NCBI GenBank assembly: GCA_045837725.1
Contig: JBEWZL010000287.1
Span: 124,001-186,358 of the forward strand
Source: Vermamoeba vermiformis
Taxonomy: Eukaryota
Direction: 5' to 3'
Length of the DNA stretch: 62,358 nt
The notes beneath the pieces were generated by a model that saw only the letters and a program-made list of their open reading frames with translations, was not told the DNA's origin and ran no database searches. The translations under genes were made by a program, and so were the position numbers. Shown here piece after piece: positions 1-13,201 of the stretch (the first letter of the stretch is position 1; each line of letters begins with the position of its first letter).

Positions 1-637
1 TGCTCGCAAATAAACATCAGCCAATAATAAGCGAATTCTAGGGTTCGAATCATGCTTCAATGCCTGAAAGGTAGATCCGACGTTAAAACCGATACATCAA
101 TGTTTTATATAATATAGAGGTACCTCTTTATAATCCTCGATGCATCTATGCATATCTCCTATTTTCGAGTACAAATTTGCTCGACTAACGTACGCTTCAC
201 CAAACTACATCAACAAAAAAGGTCAGCAATGCGGTAATTAAGATCAATGAATTATATATATATACCTTTTCATTAATAAATAGTGCTTGTTCATATTGCT
301 TCAGAGCCTTTTTGATGTCTTTCAAGCCTTCGTAACATCGACCAATCAATAAAAGCAGCGGTGCATTCATTCGATTTATTCCTAGAGCCTAAAACTCATT
401 ATAATTAGCATAATTATGTATATTATATTATGAGGGTCAATATTAGTACCTTTTCTAAATCAGGCAAAGCAAGAGCAGGTTTGCCTTCCAAAAGTAAGCA
501 TTCGCCGCGATTAATCAACGCTTCGCCGTTGCCCGGCTGATCATTTAACACTTCTGAATATAATCGAATAGCGAGCTCATATTGGCCGCCTTTTTTAAGC
601 TCGTTAGCTGAGTGCAGCGCATCCACGATCGGATCCT
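1..637 (-). CDS. TPR-repeat protein, partial (spliced; 3' end runs off the window, start not resolved)
   Basis: Exons read ...ANELKKGGQYELAIRLYSEVLNDQPGNGEALINRGECLL...EK | ALGINRMNAPLLLLIGRCYEGLKDIKKALKQYEQAL; TPR-like helical pattern, GT-AG introns. Confidence 0.7.
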
Positions 638-1216
638 ATTTGAACCAACTCATTAGAAACTATCCTCTTGAAAAATTGCTACACGTATTTAATGTTATTG
701 TATTGTTATAATCTTTGGATTGTCAAGGTTAACAGAGCCCATAAATATGAGTTCATTAGCGTTTTTTAATTTACCTCGTGCCTGGAAGTCGTAAATGAAC
801 CTTCTTCTTTATTTCTATTACGTATGCTGGTTGAAAATGATTTGTGCAAATTTTTCTGACGCTCTAGCAGAGAGATTTGGATCAGATCCGCAATTGTCAT
901 ACGCTCAAGCACTATTTACGTACCGCAATTCGGACTAAAAATATTAACATTATTTTTCAATGGCTTTTTGCTGTTATTTGTTGTGGTTGTCAAACAACGA
1001 GCGTAGATTTGCCTCCTGCACTGATCGAGATCTCGTGCACAGCCTTGATAAGGCTGCTCTCGATATCAACATTATGTTATTCGTGCCAAATATAAGCTAA
1101 AAACAGTATTTTCACCCGATCCGCGATAGTTTTCTAATTTATCAAATTTATGAAATTTTTTGTCGCTAAGTTTTTCGTCATCATAAGACTACTTATAATA
1201 ATACATCAGCCACAAT

Positions 1217-3705
1217 ATGAGCTCGCAAAAGATGGAACAGGACTTCACTCCCTTAGTGGAGGAGAAGATCCCTGAGAACAGAAAATTGGCTTTGGAGGTA
1301 AAATACTAGATGTTGCTTTGTCAAAAACAAATTTCACTTTTTGACGGCATTAAATTATAAATAATATTCATATAGGCATTATAATAATATAGGGCTTATT
1401 AAGCAAGCCGCTAATATTTTCAATTTTGAAAATTTTATGGTATTGACTAATATTGATTTGTAGCACAAGAACCTCGCCCAAGCTATTGAAAATTTGTTAG
1501 TTATTGAAAAACAAACCAGAAACGTAAGTTCAATGCTAAAATACGAAGATAAAACCATCAACAAAGCGAATCTAAAAAATTGGAAAAACTTTCCATTACA
1601 AACCCCATTTATTTCAAGCTCCTATTGCTAAAATATTTGATAATGTATTTTTGTAATAATTATTGATGGCTTATAACTAATATCAAATTGAAAAGGGTGG
1701 AGATTCACCATCGACTGGAAAAATTTTGTCAGCCATCGTAGAACTCTGCTATGAAACGAAGGACTTTAAGGCACTCAATGAAAATATCGTATTATTGTCA
1801 AAGCGAAGAGGCCAATTGAAACAGGTAAGAAACTATGGCCACCTCAAAAAAATTCAAATCTGGCAAACTCAAATAGACTCGCGCACCAAATATTGGCAAA
1901 ATTCTAATTTAAATTATTTTAGGCTATTAAAGTCATGGTCAAGAAGGCAATGTCATTCTTGGAGTCCCTTGACTACGACCACAAAATGGAATTAATCGAC
2001 ACTTTGAGCAAGGTTACTGAAGGAAAGGTACGTTTATTTGATACAATATACTACTCTATATGTCTTTATATTAATACGAACCATATTAGATCTTCGTCGA
2101 GAAACAAAGAGCTCGTTTGATTTTGAACTTGGCTCACATCCGCGAGAAGGAAGGCAAGATCAGCGAAGCTGCTAACATTTTGCAAGAAGTTCAAGTAAGT
2201 ATTGGTAGATTATTATAGTACAACTATAAGAAGAAAAAGATATCGCCTTTCTTTGTGTAAAGGCTGAATAGATCCGGCTCGAAATTTCTATACTCGCAAT
2301 GCATAATTAGTTTCGATCGATATTAATACGACTGTTTTATATTAGGTCGAGACCTTTGGTGCTATGAAGAGGAAAGAGAAGACCAACTATATTTTGGAAC
2401 AGATGCGTTTGTGCCTTGCCAAGCGCGACTTTATTCGTGCTCAAATTATGTCCCGAAAGATCGCTAACAAGGTGCTGGAGGACAAAGAATTCCAAGAAGA
2501 GAAAATTAAATACTACACTTTGATGGTCGACTATTACACGCACGAAGGCAAGAACCTCGACATTGCCCGCGCTTACTTCAGCATGTACAGCACTCCCAGC
2601 GTTCAAGAAAACCCCGAGAAATGGAAATACGTAAGTACTCGGGACCTATAGTATACCATATCAATATGAAGGCGTTACTATAATATACTATTGTACAAGT
2701 GTGGCGGAAAGTGCGCGGATCTGACAGAATTTTTTTTCTTAGTATTTGAAGCACGTTATTCTTTTCTTGATCGCTTCGCCTTACGACAACGAACAAAGCG
2801 ACTTCATTAACAGAGTTAACGAGGACGCCAAGCTCAACGATATTCCTGCCTTTAAGTACGTACCTCAGATGCGCATCCGCTATTACTCAGCAACGGAGAC
2901 TAATTGCTTAACTACCTTAGGGATCTTACTAAGAAGTTTTTGACCACTGAGATCATCAGATGGCCCGACTTTGTTACTCGCTACAAGGCTGAATTGGATC
3001 AACTCGATGCTTTGAAGAGCGCCAACAAGGACAAGCTTTGGGAGACCATTCAAAAGCGTGTTACTGAGCACGTAAGTATTGTTGTTGAAATTTACCTGGG
3101 TCTTAGTTGACCTTGAGAAAGAGCTCGTACGATCGCGTACCGGCTAGATTTGAGTCCGCTTTACAACTGCAATAACATTTTTATGATTCTTTTAGCATTT
3201 ATATGTACTAATGACTTAATATTAGAGCATTCGTGTTGTTTCCAAATACTACCAACAGATCAGACTTGCTCGATTATCCGAACTTTTGTCCTTGGATAAC
3301 CTGGTAAATAGAAGCGAAAGATATTACTATAGGTCTATAATTATACTAATACACGATATTATTTAGAAAACTGAGGCTCACTTGGCTGAATTGGTCGTCA
3401 ACAAGATGATCTACGCTCGTATCAACAGACCTGAAGGCCTCGTAAACTTTGTTAAGCCCAAGGACCCCAACCAAGTAAGTCAAGCACCTATATCGGTCAA
3501 TTACCTTATAATAATTTGAATTCTTCTTTTTCTGTTTTTGCGCCGAATCTGACTTTTCGTTCGCTAGATCTTGAACGAATGGAGCTCAGACATTTCATCT
3601 CTGCTCGGATTGGTCGAACGCACGTGCCACTTGATCTATCGTGAGAACATGATTCACAAGATTGATACTAAGGGTGTCGTGGCTGATGGTGAAGGCGATG
3701 CTTAA
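1217..3705 (+). CDS. PSMD12: 26S proteasome lid subunit Rpn5 (PCI domain), multi-exon
   Basis: Spliced product MSSQKMEQDFT...LLSKRRGQLKQ...VTEGKIFVEKQRARL...VETFGAMKRKEKTNYILEQMRLCL...RVTEHSIRVVSKYY...LNEWSSDISSLLGLVERTCHLIYRE; TAA 3703-3705. Confidence 0.95.
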
Positions 3706-4768
3706 AAAAATTAAGCTTCATGTCTCATTTTAATACTGTAATATGCACGACAATAAGGAATTGGTGCATAATTTGTGCAAAAATGAGCAATAAATAATGT
3801 TTCAATCATCAATCAAGTTGACTGACCGTCGTAGGACATCCTTCAATCATTTTTACATTGGGAGCTTGGCTTCAATATTTATCGCTAAGGCAAGGTTAAA
3901 TATTCCCGTCTTGTTTCGCAGTAGGCAAATGGTATTCAAATTCGTAGCGAAGGTGGAATGCGTAAGCTGACTTTAAGCCTGAGGCCTCATCCTGATGCTG
4001 TAAATAGCGTAAGACCGCTGTATTAGCCCAATATCTATTAGATATGGTGAACATATCATTGTTAGCCGAAAGGTGTTCCGGCTTGTGATTTATGGGACGT
4101 ACAAGATTTGTGCTTATAAAGAGCTCTGACAGGCAACAGACAGCTTGAACTCTTACATACTCTGAATAGGCCAAGTAATCATGAATTGACGTTGAGATCC
4201 GCTCTTTGATTCAGTTTGTCGTACATGTCAAAAGCGTCACTTTTCGTGCACCTTATCTCGCTAGCGAGCAGCAGCAGATCTTTGGGCTGTTTCCCTTAAT
4301 TAGTTTCGGGATTGATTCGAGATAGTGAATCGAAAAGATTGTGCTCGTGATTCAATCTTTGGGCTGGTAATCCATGGATCCGAACGAGTACCGCAAAGCT
4401 AATTTAAAAAGTAATCAATTTATAATGCTAAGTTTATATCTTTAAGATTGAATTGGAATTCCGTATCTCGTCACGGCGATTTAGTCCGCAAGTTAAAAAT
4501 AACGAACTATTTAAATACATAACATTTCTCCTTATTTGGTAATAACACTCCAAACTTACATTTAAGGTTAATAGTGCAAAACTGGACACATTTCATGCAG
4601 ATAACGGGCAGATTAAGCAAAACCGGTATTGCTGCGAGATGATGCAATCGGATTTTGAAAATAAAATGGATTCGGTTACGCAACGAGCCTGAATTGGTTA
4701 CAAAATTGGAATAATTAGCTATGGAGGATGATACACTTCGTAATTGTAATCGGATTGCTTACCGAGCA

Positions 4769-5917
4769 TTATTTGTTGACGAATAAGTCCTCTCCAATGA
4801 GATCGGTAATTGGTTGTAAAATGGATTTGATCTCCTTGACCACTGGCTCCGCGCTTTCTCCTGCAATCCTTAATACTGCACCATTAGACTTTAGTATAGG
4901 ACTAGCACTGCCGAAAATAAAGCTGTCGCTCGATAGGTCAGAGTTTCGGTTCGTTGAAGTAGATCTGTTCGTATATGACTTTCTTTGGTATGTAGCCAAT
5001 ATTTTCGTTATTAAATCTTGTACTTGAGGTCCAATAAGTATCAATATTGCAAATATATGAAACTTGAGCTCGCCAATGCGCATCCGCTCTTCGATAGGAA
5101 TCTGATCTTGGCTTGACAGTCGAACAACGTCGCGCATGAAGCATTCATCTTCCATCATTACTTGAATATCACTATGATACAGTCCAAACGACCAACTCTC
5201 GTTATTTGCAATCCGACCACTAAAAATTATCATTAGGTTTCCGTTCTAGATGCAGAGTTGAGAGAACGAACGAACGAATGAACTCAAATAAATAACGATA
5301 TATATGTGTATACCTAGTATACCAATCTAATACGACCAAAGAAGACTCTGAAGACTTCAATCGGTAGATCTGGGTCTGTTTGAACTGCGCGTCTTTGAAG
5401 CAACACGTGGGACCAGGCAGCGAACAAAATAAACTTTTGGCGCCAATTTTAACTGAAATGTGTTGTTGACTGGGCTGTAGCGATGAGCCTGATTTGTAGA
5501 CCTTGTTGTAGGACGAGCTTGTTAGAACGAGGCCTGAATTATCTTCTACCGTCACTTCGAAGGATATTATATCACCGCCTGCATATTCAAGGTTAATACT
5601 GGACTTAAATTTAACATTCGATTTCATCAAAACAAAAAAATTATCAGTGTAGCAGATCCGCTGTAAAATTGAATACTTGTGATTACTATAATACTAATAT
5701 GATGATATACATGATAACTAGTAATATGGGGCTATATAATACCTACGAGGCCACCGCCGTAATTGGTAGCGTAAACGATCTTCAAGTAGGGGTTATGTTT
5801 GTCGCTGCTAGTGACTAAAAATTTGAGCGGATAGGATGCAAATTGACGAATAATTTCTGTTTTGTTATTGACGGAGCGGCAATGAAGAATACCAGAGCCT
5901 GGTTGAGATCTAGACAT
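4769..5917 (-). CDS. ureD: Urease accessory protein UreD, eukaryotic type (3 exons)
   Basis: Motifs YPLKFL, YGGGLV|xGD, KVYKS, LPGPTCCFKDAQFKQTQ, VLDWYT|SGRIANNESWSF. Confidence 0.9.
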
Positions 5918-6240
5918 CGTTTGATTTTAAAATTCTTCTCCTGCATTAAATAGAATAATTAACATCAAAAACAAATACATAATTAACGCACGTATATTAA
6001 CGCCGAATAAAAAATTTAACAGAGGATGCAGTGTTTAAAAATATGAAACGTCAATTAAATAGCTTCTGTAAGCGACTAGACTTCTTTATAACATTAATCA
6101 CATACCTAATATATTAAATACGCTCGCTTTAACTGATAGTAAGATTTAAGATCGGTTGTGGGGTCGTGATTGTCCGAGGAATGAAAAATATCATTTTTTG
6201 ATTGCTCTCGCAAGCCAAACACAGATCCTAATTGGAAGAG

Positions 6241-7841
6241 ATGCTGAGAGCTATTACAACCAATATTTTCTCGGGCGTCAAGTCCCAAAATAAGACACAT
6301 CTGGGAGCAAATCTCTTCAGTTCCCGATCACAGCTTGGATCTGTCAGAAATACATTCAAACGCGTTGCAGAGGAGTTTAAAAAGCCTAAGCAAAAGAACC
6401 CTACTATTAGACAATATTTACGGTCGCTTAATCCGGTTCAACAAACTGAAGCAGTCAAAACAAAGAAACGAAGGACGAAAGTCAACGTATTACGCCCTCT
6501 TATTCCCGTATGTACATTAATATAATTTTAGCGCATATTTAGGCCTGTGTAAATTAATTATGAAATTATTTTGATTTTTTATTTTGCTCATCTTGACCAA
6601 TTTTGCTTAAAATCGTTTATTTCGATTATATTATGTGTATTATCGATGCATAATTATAATGTATTTTTTCTATGATTTTTAGGCCTCTCCAGAGATGGTT
6701 GAATATGCAATGAAAATTAAACGAGAACAAGGTCACTTCGTCCGATTAGAAAACGTCATGGTAAGCCCAATATCCCATATATTATTTTTGTGATTCCATG
6801 TGGCGTTTATAGTCCCGTCACACCAATTAGAACGCTTAATTTTCTCGATCCAGTCATTCAAAATGTTGCCTTCTCAGCAGTACTTTATCAATTACAAATT
6901 ACCTATATTATTTACTGCCGTGTCGAATAACCCATATATAGTGCCTTGATTTAAATAATAAGGCGATACAAAGGGATCTGCACGTGCGACATTCTCAGAT
7001 GTCGTTCGTAGCTTACAAGAAGTGTACTAATATAGCCTATTCTTTCGTAGAAAATTACTAGTGAAGATTTGAAGAAACAAACAGAAGACGTCGAAGCTAA
7101 GATGCAACAGATGAAGGAGAAGCAACAGCGATCCGTCGAATTGAATGCCTTGAGAACTTCAGGCCGAGCTTCGCGCAAGACTGAAACTAAACAGGATGAA
7201 AATGAAGAAGACGTCGAAGAGAATGAAGAACAAAACGAAGCTGAAGTGGATGCTGATCGCGCTCAAGTTTTGGCTGCTTTGGAACGAGAAAAGGTTATTG
7301 AGGCCAGAAAACGCAATGAAGAGGTCGCTAAGGATGGTAAGTCATATTATCTATATTATATTACGCTATTTTGCCACATTTGTAACGGATGCAGCAAACA
7401 ATTTGAATTCATGTGAGATCAGCTTAATATGAAATTCTAACCGCTCATTATCTCGAGTACTTTATTTATACATCATTATGGCGTCATATTATATATTTTA
7501 AACTTGCCAGTTAGAAATTATAAGCACTTTCCAAACCATGATCTTAACGCATCCAATGCACCTTTTGTTTCAACGCGGCCAAGCTGCCAACCTCTATATC
7601 AATCGATCTCGTTATACTAATCATTACTATTATAGTCGCTGAAGCATCTGAGGCCTCGCCAGTAGATCAAGTGGCCGTGGATCTGGCTGACGTAAACAAC
7701 GAAACAAGCACTGAACGAGATGAAGCTGCTCAAAAGCGACTGAACAAATTGAAGAAGAAATTGAAATTGAAGAGATTGCACGAGTTTAAACAAGAACTGA
7801 AAGCAAAACGAGGACAGATCCCAGAAGAAGGATCTGCTTAA
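6241..7841 (+). CDS. Hypothetical coiled-coil protein with possible mitochondrial presequence (4 exons)
   Basis: N-terminus MLRAITTNIFSGVKSQNK... is R/S-rich and acid-poor; E/K-rich coiled-coil exons 7051-7336 and 7636-7841 joined by GT-AG introns. Confidence 0.65.
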
Positions 7842-8749
7842 ACAAAAACGACTTGGGAATAATATAGAACCGATCTTTGTGATCCCAATCATGTTATTAA
7901 ATATTTAATATAACCTTGCGATGACAAATAAATGAATGTATTCAAGCCAGTACACGATCTGCCTGAGCGAATCAAAATTTTATGAAACCCTAAGAATTGC
8001 CAATTAACTGCTTATAAACCAATGTCTACGTATGCCATATCTAAAAGATTCGCAATGTACACGACAAATAAGGCCAGATCCAACGCGTCAACACTAAAAA
8101 TTATAAATAATTCAAGTTGCAACTTGGATCGGTTCTGAGCCATGACACTTCCTGTGTAAAGATCTTATCGTCATTTTAGTAAATGTAATTTGATTCGTTG
8201 TTGAATATTTCCTTTCAATTAAATTGGATCCTTAATCAGGATGCCATCACCTTTTATTGCCTGCGAAGGGAACGTTTCGCGGATTATCCCATTTATTGCT
8301 AAATCGTGGAACTATTCACCTAACAAATCAAGAGTAAATTAAACCGACGCGCTGTATCGCTAATTGATTGGTGACACCGGCCATTATTATGAACGAGTCA
8401 ATGGAAAACCGAAGATTAAATCCTGAAGAGACAAGCGCAATTGACAGGCATTTTCGACTACGAATTTTCTGTTGTGTGTCTATTTTTGTACTCATCAATT
8501 TGCAACATGAGAAGTCATGAGGTCAGCCAGATCTGCACAAAAATGTTTTGACAGTACGTGAGGTGGATTTCTGGCAAATTTAAAAGCTAAAGGCATCAAT
8601 GGAAAAATGCAAATTCGCGTTTGCGAATTATTGAAACTGGATCCACAAATAGCAAATTAAACCAGTTTAGGAACAATAAATATTCCTAACATTTCAAAAG
8701 TATACCGCACTGTGTCATCTCTTACGCACAATCATTCTTGTAGTCGCAA

Positions 8750-11736
8750 TTATATCTCGTCGCGCTTTATTCTCTCGCGTAATTCAGCCATCTTATTCAA
8801 CATGTAGTGAATGTTATGGATCGTACCAAGAACTGCACCAGCTGGCTCATGCATCTTGAAAAGATGGTTCAAATACGACCCTGAATAGTTGGAGCACCTA
8901 TAAAAGGATACTTAGTTTACTTTAACGACCACGTGTCAGTAAACTTTTGAAACGTTTCAAAATTACGTAGTAAATGCGAGATTTACGGAATTATGGAGTT
9001 TCTATTCCTTGCATTCGCAAAGCAATTTTATATAGGATAGCAATGATACTTACGTCGGGCACTTGCATCCTTTTATAGGGGCCTCGTCATGTTTAGCAGC
9101 GCTGGATGCCTTCGGAAATGTTACGCGGCCATTACTATTCGTTAAAGAGTCAATCTGGTTAGTGAAAGCTATTGATTCAAGTCGCACGATAAGATCATCG
9201 CCAAAACGAAGCTAGATCCGTTTCTAAACTTTGAGTTTATGGGGTTTTGGAGACTTACTCAGAGAATAGCGTGCCATGACGACCAAGTCTGGTAGGAAAG
9301 CATGAATCGAACGTGTCTATAAAGAATATCCGTCAGTCCAAGAAGTTTAAATCGTTATTGAATCGCCCGACATAAAATTTATTCGATCTACTCGAGGAGA
9401 TAGATCAGGAGATTGCAATACAAAAAGGAAGGATAAAGAGTGATTCATCCGTAATCTCAAAACGGTTGCCCTGTTATCAGACCGAAAGTTGCACTACAGT
9501 TCAGATCTGCAGTGCGCGCCAAAACGGAGCGGAGAATTACATGGTTTAAAACCATGCCAACGGCTAAGTTCATAAGTGCGCGCCGGAACAATGCTCAACG
9601 CACAATCAGTCACTTATATAGTCCGCTGGTTAAACACTCCTTGCTGAACCCACTGTCGGCAGGAGCAACATCCACGAGTAAATTGTAATTGACCTTATTT
9701 GTAGCGAACTAAAATTATATCATAACGCTCGAACGTACCTAAACCATAGACAACAGACGACTCGACGCTCTCTGGGTCTCCAATACCTACGAATATCTAT
9801 GAGTACAAACAGCATCCAGATCAATTTTCGTACCAAGCAGATGCACGGGCTTTCCAGCAGGCAAGTGTTCGCTAATATAGCCAAGGACCTCGTGCATTTC
9901 TTTACGGTCCCGACCTAAGCTTCCGCCTGATTACGAAAATGCTCTTAATTAATTATTGTGCACTTTTTTCGTACTACTTCACGGGTACTTGCCGATAGCA
10001 ATGCCATCAAAGGGCAGCTTTGAAAGATATTCAAGACTTAGCAACCTAATCAAGTTAGTATTGCGATATATGCACGTCATATTACATACCTATAGTGCTT
10101 ATGAACGCCTCCGTGAAGAACGGCGTACATGGCTTGATTATTTACATTTTTCAAGTGCTCTTGGAGAGATCGCGCCTCCCACCTGCCAAAACAATCAATA
10201 CAATGAAAACTAGTACCGCAGATAACGTACCTATGCGTTCTGTGGAAACTCTCAACGAACTTGCGTTCCTTCGAAGCCAGAGGCAGTAATATATCGAGAG
10301 GAATGATAATGTCAGCTCCAAGGCTTTTCTGTGCTTGAACAGAGCCTTCAGGAGTCAATTCAATATGATCGCCATTAAGATATGATCTGCAATGCACATA
10401 TCAATATGTGTGTCCGGCTAATTAAAGAAATAAATTTCTGGATGAAAGTGGATCCCGCCGACAAATTTATCTCGTGTCACGAAGATTTAAATTGATCGCG
10501 TGTTGTGTCTTTACCTGAACACGACGCCCTCTTCACGAAGCTTTACCAAGTTTGAAGAATAGCTTTTTGCCGCCTTTCCTTTAAGTTCGTCCTGCGGTGT
10601 CGTGACAGCCATCGAAAATATCTAACAAGCGTTAATATTGAGCGCCATCGTACATAAACTTTACGTTATTCTCCACATATTCAAGTTACAACTAATATAT
10701 AATAAATTATAAAAAGCACAAACGTAAATATGGATTAACACAATAAAACTCGCAAGTTTTCGAATCAAAGTAGGAAAGCCAGGTAGAAACATAATCTCGT
10801 CTTTTCAGTCAAGTTAAATTCATAATTTAATAGCTGTCGATATGTCTGTAAAGATTTATCTTCGGGAAATGTGAAACAACCGCTTCAATTCATTCAGTTA
10901 AAAAGTATAATAACTTACCTGAAAGCCTCCGGAGTCAGTAATGAGCGGCTTATTGTAGTTGATCCATTTATGCAAACCACCTGCCTTCGCAACGTTCTCA
11001 GGGCCTGGATGGATAAGCAGATGATAGGTGTTGCAGAACATTAATTCACTGCCTGAATTTTCGTCAGAAACTCGCGTCAAGTGGAATTTAAATTCGTAGC
11101 CAGCGGAAGTTCTTCCGAGATAACAAAGCTAGGGAAACGTACCAATACTTTCCGCCTCCGTGGGAAGCACATGCTTGAGCGTGCCTGTTGTAGCCACTGG
11201 TACGAATCCTGGGGTCTCAATAGTACCGTGAGGGGTGTAATCAAGAGTTAAGGGTTGAGAAGACACGTGTCGCACAGTGACACTTTTGAATCAAACGGTA
11301 TTAAGGATATATGAATGCGCCCGACACGTGCACGAGACTTCTTGCTTTGGTGAATGATTTCAAAACGAAACGCGTTCGTGGCGGTTGCGTTGATCTGCGA
11401 GAACAGTTGTGGGTCGGGATAACTTTGTTTTTTAATAGCCTCTTCTAAGGTTGGTTCTGGAAGAGGTCTAGCATAACTATGAATTGTCTGGTTAAAATTG
11501 GAGCCAAATGGCACGCGTAGATCTCGTGATCGCAAACGAAATAATATTATATTAATTCATCAGGCTCGAGATAATTTCTCCTTCGTTGCGCGTAATGAAT
11601 AGTAAAGTGCTATTATTAGGAAAATTATTACGCTGCAATTATAACTAGGAAGATTGACTGCAGATTTGCATTACCTTCGAACACCACGAAGTCTGACCAG
11701 CTTTTTGGCTTTTGATAATAAGCATCTAGAAAACAT
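8750..11736 (-). CDS. tgt: tRNA-guanine transglycosylase (queuine tRNA-ribosyltransferase), Chlamydia-like, about 13 exons
   Basis: [74 protein letters not shown], zinc site CKCPTC...HN; TAA at 8750-8752. Confidence 0.93.
9440..9680. ncRNA. Candidate structured RNA or element inside the 422-nt tgt intron (9317-9738)
   Basis: GC-richer island with hairpins GCACTGCAG/CTGTAGTGC, CATGGTT/AACCATG and CTCCT-GC/GC-AGGAG, plus a direct repeat AGTGCGCGCC; no family recognised. Confidence 0.35.
11237..11310 (-). other. U12-type (minor spliceosome) AT-AC intron, 74 nt, in tgt
   Basis: 5' site ATATCCTT at 11310, branch site CCCTTAAC (11254-11247), 3' end TTAC; removal restores GRIH|TPHG in frame. Confidence 0.9.
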
Positions 11737-12381
11737 CTTGCGTTAATATATCGTTGTGCGTGTTCTGGGCATGTTGCTATCAAATCTGCGCCAGGTGAAT
11801 TCAAATAAAAAAACGGTTACAAATCGCTATTTAGCTGGAACAGTCCAACAGTGCTACAATCGAGTAAATGCCCATATATTAAAGGAATATTCAAAGCGCT
11901 GTCGCTGATCTCCGCGGAGAAGCTTTGTGTGAGCACATACTTTCTTAAATTTAATCTCCAACTGGTGCAATGATAAATTAATGCGTTGTGTATTTCCGAC
12001 AATGGAACAATGACAAATTCGCTCTGGATGTGTGCATCCTGGGAGGTAGGTCGCGGATCTCGATTTCAATCTCACTTAAATAATTCCTTCAATCTGGAAT
12101 CCGCCATCAACACTCCAGGCGTGCTAAAATTGTACGCAATAAATCCATATTAGTACCGACGTTTATTTTTATCTCCGTGAAGATACCAAAATCTCCAAAG
12201 ATTGGAGATTCCGGGAGATTCCCAATGAGCGAGATACAAAACAAGAAAACGCGGGTGACATTCTTTTTGATTGACTACGAAACAAGCACCACGTCAGGCA
12301 TATTTTTATACCATTGATTTTATATATGCTATTGCTGCGCACTTGCACGCACGCACATCTATCGATAACCAGCTATTGAAT

Positions 12382-13201
12382 ATGACCCACATGTTCAGAC
12401 CACAGAATCCTTTGGGCAATGCCCGCGTGGAACCAACTAATGGCTCTGTAGACGATTTATTGAACATAATTGTTCTGCAGAAAATTTCCGAACCTAGCGA
12501 GGCTGTATCTTGCTACTTCGATCACAATCCCAGACCAAACAAACGTCAGCACACCGCCCCAGTCAGTTGGGCCGACTTAGATGTCTCGGATGATGAATTA
12601 AAAACACTCACAACAAGCAGCAACACCAAAGTTCGCCCATCTCCTCAAATCCTTCAGCCCATCCAAGAAGAGGCTGAGGTGGCAACTTTTGTATCGGCTA
12701 ATGACCAGCCTCTTCCATTTGATGGAATGGAGTTCCACACAACCACTACTATTGCGGATGATAGCTACGAAACAAGACGGAAGTTCCTGAAACGAAGAGC
12801 CTCAACTTTATACGAAAACGACAATACTGCTCAGGTAAATGACGTTGATATCTATCTAACCCTGATTCCGTTTTTTGCCAAATCGTTTATATAATGCAGC
12901 AGGTTTTAGTTTCATTACTTAATTTGTTTAGATGGAACTTCAAGACTGCTGAAAAAATCTCGCCTTTTGACAAGATTAACAAGCCCGAAATATGACGTGA
13001 CTAACTCGTATTCTCTAGGCTCAAGCCATCTACAAAAAGATGTACAAGACTCTGCCTACCTTCGTGGCTCGATCTGCTGGGGAAACAGGGAACTTAGTTC
13101 GCCCGACTCCAGTTTTTGGTGAAGGAATCAGACTCCCGACACCTTCTTTCGAGCCCATGGCGCAGTCCTTCGCTTCAGCTCCTTACGCGTTCAACCCGTA
13201 A
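12382..13201 (+). CDS. Hypothetical protein (2 exons: 12382-12834, 13019-13201)
   Basis: ORF MTHMFRPQNPLG...NTAQ joined through a GT-AG intron to AQAIYKKMYKTLPTFV...FNP*; no recognisable domain. Confidence 0.55.

Noticed and set aside
3896-4400. 92-aa ORF and adjacent coding-like DNA between PSMD12 and ureD
   Set aside because: No coherent exon chain or recognisable domain; at most a degraded fragment
11860-12065. Faint resemblance to U12 snRNA (TAAAGGAA; CCTGGGAG..GATCT)
   Set aside because: Spacing wrong, no Sm site, and no proper GUAAGGA branch-pairing context
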